Below, piece by piece: positions 24,001 through 33,000 of a DNA stretch of 61,238 nt. Source of the stretch: Candidatus Omnitrophota bacterium (GTDB taxonomy: Bacteria; Omnitrophota; Gorgyraeia; Tantalellales; Tantalellaceae); NCBI GenBank assembly GCA_014728045.1, contig WJMH01000012.1, positions 1 through 61,238 on the forward strand, given 5' to 3'. Both the position numbers and the translations under genes were made by a program. How positions within the stretch are numbered: the first letter of the stretch is position 1; every line of letters starts with the position of its first letter. The notes beneath the pieces were generated by a model. The model ran no database searches. It was not told the DNA's origin and worked only from the letters and a program-made list of their open reading frames with translations.

Positions 24001-27000
24001 TCTGGGTCTGGGGCGTGTGTTCGGCATGCCGGTCATATACATAGACCCGATCTACAGGGCGGAAGGGGACCTTCTTCTGCATGAAATGTACGAGCTGCGT
24101 GAATGGCTGATCAAATCCGTGGAGCTTGGTCTAACGCTCGACCAGATGAGGATATGGATCAGGGAGAACATAGACCAGGCGCGTGAGTTGGCCAGCAAGT
24201 TCCATAATGAAAACCCGCACAAAGTAAGCGGTCACATGCTTTCGGGTACCGATGTAATCTACGATACCACAAGTGATGTCATTATAGCCGCCAGCACCGA
24301 TCAGGAAGGCGCCCCCGAAGAGGAAGGGTCCGTAAGGGAACAGGTGATCAGGGCCACGAGCAAGCAGGAGGTCCTGCTCGCTCTGGGTGTTTCGCAGGAA
24401 GACCTTGCCGGAGAGGATATATCCGCGATCCTGCAGGATGAGAAAATGACGCTGGCTCCCTTTAAGGACAAGGTGCTGTATATCGCCGAGGACCTTGGCA
24501 TAGATATCCTTAACGGTGAAGGGATCGTCCTTTTGGGCGTGCCTCAGCGTGAACTCAGGGAAAAAGCCGATATCATGAGAACCAACGACGGTTTTCCTGA
24601 AAACTTCAGGGTGCCCGTGACGGTGAGGAATCTGCTCAGAAGCGCGGAAGAGCTTAAGGAAGAGGTCGAGAACAAATGTGCCGATCACCATAAGCAGCTT
24701 GAAGCTTCCGGTGAAGCGGAAGTTATAGACGATGAAGTCGGGGAACTTGATGATTCCGATCGGGGAGAAGACCGCGACACCGGCCGGCCCGAAGGGATAC
24801 TTGCTTCCAGGTTCGCCGAAGAAATGGAAAAACCCGATGAGCATACGGAACAGCCGGGAAGAAGCATGAGCGAAGGAGAAGCCTCCGAAGAGTTGCCCGA
24901 GATAAGACAATCCGTTAACGAGATGATCGGAGCGATGAAGGTGCTCGCAAGAGGCCTGAACTGGAGAGAATCACAGCTCAATAAAGCTTTAAACGAAACC
25001 GCCGGAGAACTGAGCGACAGCCAGATAGAGATTCTAAGGTTCACTTGTGATAACGCAGAATATGAGATAAGCGGTACTTTCCACCAGCGCAACAACGTGG
25101 ACATAGCCGCGGGTCTGGAGAACGCTTATAAGACGATGCTCTCAGTGGAAGCGGCTCTGGGAAAGAAGGACATAAAGGTAATGGACGTTATGGGGCGTTT
25201 GGACATTGCCCGCCGTGAGAATAACAGGATACGGGAACATATTGAAAAGATCCTGCAGCTTGTGCGCGATATACGTAAACTTCGCGGTCTTGACGAAGAA
25301 GAAAGAAAGAAAGCCGCCGAAGAAGAGGCGCGCAAGGCCGAAGAAGAAAGAAAGAAAGCCGCCGAAGAAGAGGCGCGCAAGGCCGAAGAGGAAAGAAAGA
25401 AAGCCGCCGAAGAAGAGGCGCGCAAGGCCGAAGAGGAAAGAAAGAAAGCCGCCGAAGAAGAGGCGCAAAGAGACCTTATAAGGTCCCTTGAGGATGAGGT
25501 CGCCCAGAAGGCATCTGAACTGGAGCAGCTTCTCGCCAGCATGAAACGGCTTGAGCAAATAGATTACACGGCCATAATCGATGATTATAACAGGTCCGTG
25601 AGAAAAGATGATGACGCGCTTTCGCCGCACTTACCCAAGGACGGAAATGTCGAAATGGTCAAACAGAAACGGCATCACGTGCTTGCCGAGATAATGGAGA
25701 CAAGAGAGCTGATAACGAAGATAGAAGAAGCTATCGCCAGGATAGCCGAAGTAAAAGGTGATATAGCAGAGGATTCGGTGCGCCCGGTCCTCGAGATGGT
25801 GAATAATGTGATGGACCTTGCCGAAGGGGAGAACTTCTGGGGCCGTGTGAACAGCAGAGCTTACTATTATTCCGATCCCGAACAGGAAGGGAAAGATTAC
25901 AGCGAACAGTACGATAAAGATTACGCGCAGATCATTGCCGCCCATAAAGCGATGATCGAGGAAAAAGAGCAGCAGCTCAGGAAAAAAGCCGAAGAAGAAC
26001 GGGCAAGAAAAGAGCGGGAAGAGTTCCTTAATGAGATTAATGCTGAGGTTTCGGACATTGATGAGGTTATCGCCAGGATCAGGGAGATAATAGCCGGAGC
26101 GGAAAAAGGCAAGGAAGAAGTGGACGCTTTGGTCGCGAGTATACCCCAGGAGGGTATTGAACAGGCACAGATAGATGAGATGACCGCGCAGTTCGACGGG
26201 ATAGAGGCAACAGCGAATGAGCTGGGCCAGAAGAATTCCGACATCAGTGCCGAACTCGATGGCATAAAAGAAGCGCTTTCAGAATACGAAGATACCCCGT
26301 GGGCGGAAGAGGAGATGTTCCGCCTCGGGATCGAGAAACTCGGGGATGCAGGGGACCTTAACGGAGAAGCCTATAAAAGAATACGCGATCTGTTAGAAGC
26401 GCTCAACCAGGCTAGGAACAGCCTTTTGCAGGCGCAGCAGGCGGCCGAGTCTGAAAAGATGGAACCTGAAATAATCGCACCGGTAGAAGAGCCGGAAGAA
26501 GGCGAACAGGCTGAAGATGTCGAACCTGAGATAGTCATTCCTGGAGGTCCCGCCGGACCCAGTGAACCCGGTGAAGACGAACCGGACGGGGAAGAACCCG
26601 AGGACGAGGACCAGAGGTTCAAAAGGCAGCTCGAGGATGCGGAGGATATAATCAGGACACTTCGCAGGCTGGCAAAAACAATAAACGACTGGATGGGTGA
26701 TCTGGAGGTCGATTTCCAGGATAAACAGGGCGAAGAGGAGATAAAAGAGGACGAAGAGATATTCCTGCCCAGGTTGAGGGCCATGGAGCCATGGACCTTC
26801 TTTGACAAGGGCAAGGTAGGCCAGTACAACCTCAGCAATCTTTACAGGTCCGTGGTTATGGCAGGTATTGCGGCTGTAATATGCCACATATTCAGTAACA
26901 ATAGTCTGGTCGTGAGCTTTCCCTATATTGCTCTATTGGTTATCAAATGGCTTGGGCTGGAAGAGAAAGGCAAGAAATGGCAGTCGGGTCTTTTTGCGGG

Positions 27001-30000
27001 GGCTTTCTTCGTTACCGCGCAGATGCTGCTTCCGGGGCTATTAGGGATGAGCACCGTTGGAGTAAGTTTCTGGCTTTTCGCCGGCACGCTTTTCGCTTAT
27101 TCGGTAAAGCCGCTTGTTATGTATCTTTTAAGGCTCTCCAGCGTGGACCTTATCAATAACCGGAGCGCTTATTCGATGGGTAACAGGCAGCCGTTCAATT
27201 ATCTTTGGAACCAGATGAGAGAGCTTTCAGCGATAAAGAGCAAAATGGAGAAGATAAGCCGGGAGATCGATGGCAAGCCGAACGTCCGTGACTGGATATG
27301 GATGGACATGCGTCCTATACGTTCTAGGGGCATCAAGGTCGACGGAAAGGACGGGGAGGATTACGAAGGCGGTGTTGTCGGAAAGACCCTGACATTCCAC
27401 GAGCAGATACAGCAAAGCATAGCTGAGCTCGGAGGTCTTATTCTGGAAGGGAAAGAACGTCTCAGTATAAGTGGTGATGAGGATGTGCAGGCATGGAGCA
27501 GCCAGCAGTGGGAGGAAAATCGCGCCCTTTACAGGTCAAAGAGTCCCAGGATAGGCGTCGTCGGTCGTGTATTCATGCTTTCAGCTGCGCTTTTCGCCAG
27601 CATCACGGCAGCCGCGGCATATTACGGGCTGGTTGACCTCACGTCGATCAGGGGTATGGCTGTGGTAGCGTTTGCGGTGGTGGGTACCTTGATATTCGCC
27701 GGCCAGGTATCCAGGCTGCTCATGAAGAAGGATCTATTGATAGATATACCTTCGGACATGAAGAACACCACGCGCAGGGGCAACAGGCAGATATTCAATC
27801 TTGTGGAGGAACGCACGGGCAGACCTTATTCCGGTAATCCCCTGAGAGTGTGGGATATCTGGAGGCACCTTACACAGAGCGCGGCCGCCAAAAGCATAGA
27901 AATACTTACTGAGGATTATCATGGCGTCGAGGATGTCAACAAAGAGTTCGATACGGGTATGCACAGCCTGGCGGACAGCGCGGTGGCGCGCAGCAATAAA
28001 GACAGCATGGCACTTTCCGAGGCGGAGGGGCTTGTAGAGAAGATCAAACTTCTTACGAAGACATTGCTCTTTCTGGGAATAGTGCTGGGTATTTCCTACG
28101 TGGCGGGGGTTGCCGTTTTCGGTACATCGGCTTGGATCTATCAGCTGGCCTCATCTTCACATCTTGCCGGCTGGACCGAGATATTCAGGCACGGGTTCGC
28201 TTTCATGAAGATAGTGACCGACCTTGCCGCAGGTTCGGCATGGAAGAGCATGCTTGTCAAGACCGGACCATATTTGCTCACGGGACTGATGGCCCTTGCA
28301 ATGAATTACGCAATCAAGAAGCTCATCAGCGAAAAATCCAAGACTTCGGAGGCGTTTTTCGTCAACCTCGCGGGGCTTGCCTTCGCGCTGGGCGTGGTCG
28401 CAGGTCTCGTTCAGCTGGCGGCTCTGGTACAGCCCATACTGCTTGTGACCGCGGTCGGACAGCTTCTGGTTGGTAGCGTGGTCCTCGGCAGCCTCTGGAT
28501 ATTCGGTCTTAAGTTCTTCGGTTATAACATCGGACAGTTCGCCAAGCTTTATCCGGATGAAGAGGTCGTGACATGGAAGGATATCGCCAAGAAAGCCTTC
28601 TGGGGCGCGCTATCGGCCGGTTTCCTTGTCGGTGTACCCAGACTGACGGGTAGCTCCATAGGAGAGGTCATATTCACGGCGACGGGCAGTGTTGCCGCTG
28701 GTATAAGTCTGGGAACGGCCATAAACGTCCTGCTTGCCGGGAGCATGGTGTATTTCACGCTGAGCCTCCTTAGTATGCTCATAGCCAAGGACAGGTTCAA
28801 GGCCATAGCTGTCGACGACAAGCTTTACGTCGGGGACGACGAACCTGCACTTGACGCATCCACCGACAACTTTATCAAGACCTTTCTGGGCGGGCACCGT
28901 TATACCGAACAGGAACTTAGGATAATCGTAGAAGCCAACGCCGAGGGTAAGAAGGCCCTTAACCAGCAGGAGAAGATGATCTACGAAGGCCTGATGGGTC
29001 ACGGCGGGGCTCCTTCCGGGGTGAATTATTTCAGCGACCGGATGAACAGGAAATTCGAGGCCCTTAACGCTTCCCAGCTTTTAAAGCTCATGTCCAGGGA
29101 CGCTTTCAAGAAGCTCGAGCGCGAGGACAGGATACCGGAAGCGATGACAAAGAGCGAACTGGCTGAATTCCTTAACAGGGACGGAAATTACAGGGAACAG
29201 CTGGTTGTAAGGGCCCGTCTTATGTACGAGAACCTTGACATTGATCAGATCTTCCAGAGGCTCAGTGGTGCCGGGTTCAACGGCGTGAAAGAAGAGCTCA
29301 GGAAGATAAAACGGGAAGAGCTGGACGATGTGCGCGAACGTCTCAAGGAAAACGACGACGAAGCCCTCCGGATAAGGGCCGCCGAACTCGAAAAATGGAT
29401 AAAGATGAGCGAGCATATTAAACTATGGGATGTTCAGAACGTCATAAAGGGCAAGAACGAGCAGATCGACGAGTGGCTCGAAGGTATAGACGCAGCAAGC
29501 CTCAGGCAGGTCATCGACAAGGACCATCTTGAAAAAAGGATGGTTCTTATGTACGATTTCATGCCCAAGACCCAGGCGTGGCTCGTTATTGTCATGGCCA
29601 ACTGGGAGGATGAGATAAAGCCCCTGGTTGATTCACTGCTGACGCTCAGGTATCCGCTCAAGAAGATGAAGTTCATCTTCGCCGGTGAGACCTGGGACGA
29701 CAAGACCGAGGAGTCCATAAGGAACGCCAGGCTTAACGCGATGCGCAAGATGCGCGGTCTTACGGCCGAGGCCATCAAGGGCAGCCTTCCCGAGGAATTC
29801 GAGTTCAAGGGCGCGCCCGTAAGAGAGGAGAACGCGGTACGACTGAGAGGATACAAATGGATGCCGAGGAGACTTCGCGTATTACTTACCAGGGTCTTCG
29901 GGCCTTACGTCGAGCCGTCACAGCCTTACACGAAGCCGGGCGCGAACACCTTCGTCCTGAAGGATTCTGACGGGGCTTACGGCATAATATACGATACCGA

Positions 30001-33000
30001 GGACAAACCGGAGTCAACCCAGATAGTAAAGTTCGTATTGGGTCTTACCGACGGTATTTCCGAGACGAGGCGCCTTAAGGATAACTTCAAAACCAAGTTC
30101 ATGAGGGCGGAACCGGTACGCAGCCAGAAACCCGAAACAGATACTTCGATCGGCGCGAAGACCAAATACTACAGAAATTGCATAGCCGACGCGGTCGATC
30201 TTTACAACAAGAAGCTTTCCGCCGAAGACAGGATCGTTTCGAACCGGTATAACCTCAAAAGAGGAAAGGTCCTCAAGAGGCACATGAACTGGTTCGCGAC
30301 GGAGACCCTGCCGACGCTTTTAAATATCATAAAAGACAATAAACTGCACCTTCTTTCCACCGGTCTTCTCTGGAAGGAGATACTCAACAATACCGATCAG
30401 GACGAGAGGAAAAAGCTCCTTAACCTGTATATTAGCTTCGCTAACATACCCGGTTACGGGCGGATAGCCACCGAGTATATTAACAGCCCCAGGGAGAAGG
30501 AGAACGAGTCGGCTTTCATAGAAGAGCTCATATTCGGTGAATTCGAGCGGATCAATGCTCCCAAGAACGGCCAGGGACGTCTCGCGCAGTCGCGTTCCGC
30601 AGGTCTGGCCATGAACTGGGTCAACGGTGCGTATTTCGAGGGTGAGTACGGAGCATGGTATAACATGGGATGGGACGGTTTCCACGCGCTGCCGGACACC
30701 TTCAAGCCGCTCGGTGGTACAACAGGCTGGTTCTGCACAGAACCGGTGGAAGAGATCTACTGGCAGGAGATAGATGATAAGGTCCTCGCGGATATAGGCA
30801 TAGGCGAGAAGGAAAAAGAGATAATGGCCGAGCAGTACGCCACCAAGAAGAAGCTTCACACGATAGGCGCCTGGGACGAGATGCAGGTTGCGGAGGACTA
30901 CATGCTTGGATTTGTCGGGTGGCTTTACGGCCTTAATATAGCCAGTTTCTATACCCTGACGCCGGAGGACGCTACCTCCACCAGCGGTCTTACGATCAAC
31001 ACAAGGGCCCTTCAGGTTTCAAGGTGGAACAAGGGTTACATCATAGGACTTGTGACAGTGGCATGTAAATACAGCGTGCTCAGAGAGCTCTGGAAGAAGA
31101 AAGGCCCTCTTGGGATGATCTCTTTTCTCGTTGCTACGCTTTCCAGCGCCATACATCCGATGCTTTTCAGGCTGGCAAGGGTATTCATGATGGTGTGGTG
31201 CCTGTATTTCATACCGGTCAAAGCTATAGTTTCGGCGCTGCTGCAGATACCGGTGGTCTCGGGGCTTTTCATAGCGTTCGAGAACGCCACGAAACTATTC
31301 AGCGGTCTGTCAGCCATGCAGAACCTGGTAGCCGAGATATTCCCGCAGCTTATGAACTTCATGGCCCTTGGCTGGGGATGGATCCTGGGGCCGATGATAG
31401 TCATTGTGCCCATACTGCTTTTCAAGTATTTCACCGTCAAGGCGATGTTCAAGGGAATAAACAAGAAACTCGGCCTGAGCAGGCAGAAAGAGGAGATAAC
31501 GGAAGAATATATAGAAAAGAGCAGGGAGCAGAGCGTTGAAGATGTCCTGAAGATGATAAATTCCGACGCGCGCGAAGCGTACATCGAGGAAACGGTACGT
31601 GAGAGTGTGAGGGGAGAGGGCGAAAGGAAGTTCATAGCCAAGAAAGCCGGCGCTTTTGTGGGTGATGCGATGCACGAGGCCCAGATGGCCATCGCCCAGC
31701 TTGAGAGCGGGGAGAAGATAATGATGGAATTCTGGGAAAGGCTTGAAGGAATGCTGGCGGAAATGCCTTTCTACATGGAAGGGTCGGACATGGAAAAACA
31801 GATAATGGACAGGCTTTCACCGCGCGATGAGGAAAGCTTCAGGCTTTTATGGCCCCTTCTGGAAAGACATGAAGATGGCACTTATACGCTGCCCGTGGGA
31901 GTGGATATAAGCGATCTGTACCTCAGGGAACTGGCGAGAGTGAGAGTAAAGGCCGGCACGGGTGAAGAGCTTACTCCGGAGGAGGCAGAGAAACTCCGCC
32001 TGCTGGATCTGTTTTATAACAGGGATGTGGACATTCTTTACGGCCAGAAAGGTTATTTCGACCTTCTGGGCATGATATCCCCCCGCATGAGACATAATCT
32101 TGAAGAAGCGGCCCGGGGCGGCAGGTTCACTCCGGATCACGCCATGCAGATAATAACCGCAGATCCGGTCGAGGACCTCAGGGTAAGGATAGCTCTCAGG
32201 ATGAACAAGAAAGAGTATTTTACCTTGAACCTTTTCGAGTTCTACCTTAACGATCCTTCCAAGGGCGGTGCCGCAGCGGACAACGCGAGGGAAGTATATT
32301 TCAACCAGCAACGTGACAAGATGGTCGCTGACGCGCGAGAATTCATAGCAAAGAGCTATGACTGGCAGCAGGCGTATGAAGTGAAGGATTCTTCCATAGA
32401 AGAGTTCAAGCTGATGCGCAGGGCGATCGAAAAAGGCGACCTGACCACCGAGGGGCTTATGCTGAAACCCGTCCAGACATGGGTTACCAAGCTGATAGGC
32501 CTCTTATTCCCGGAGATGAAAACGGTGACGCTGAACCTCATAGCTCCGAAGCTCTGGCTGTTCTACGCAGGGGCTTTGGCTTCAGGTATGCTGGCGATGG
32601 TATTCCTGCCGTCGATGCCGATATTCGCGCTCATACCGGCTATTATGGCCGTTACCTTCGCAGGAGGCATAGTAACGACCCTGGCGGTTATGGCGCTCGT
32701 GCATAAATATATCGGGTCGGCCACAGGGGATGAACGCGCCATGAGGGCGCTAAGCGTGAGGCTGGCCATGCCGAACCTTTTCATAGACTGCTACCAGACC
32801 CTTTACCTTTACGGTAACAAGGTCGCCTGGCAGGAGATAATCAGCGGAAGCCGCGTAGGTTACTGGTGGCTCACCGGAAGGGCCGTAGGTGTTATCGAGG
32901 CGACTCTCAAAAAGCACGCGGAAGGAAAATTCCATGAAAAAGCCGGTAGCATAAGACAGTCTGAATCGCAGAAAGACGCGAAGCTCAAGTCTTCAAGGCT

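Noticed and set aside
293-24296. Mis-assembly as the cause of internal duplications
   Set aside because: The duplicated modules are strongly diverged at protein and DNA level and the frames stay intact, consistent with old duplications.
24330-24660. mTERF-like repeats in protein A (FKDKVLYIAEDLGID...LLRSAEELK)
   Set aside because: The resemblance rests on a few residues in about two units, which is too weak to call without a profile search.
25295-25466. Possible CRISPR array
   Set aside because: The units are contiguous 45-bp in-frame repeats with no spacers, and there are no cas genes.
25206-25481. Lys/Arg-rich 91-aa ORF (KKKERKPPKKRRAR repeats)
   Set aside because: It is an alternative-frame reading of the 45-bp repeat in gene A.
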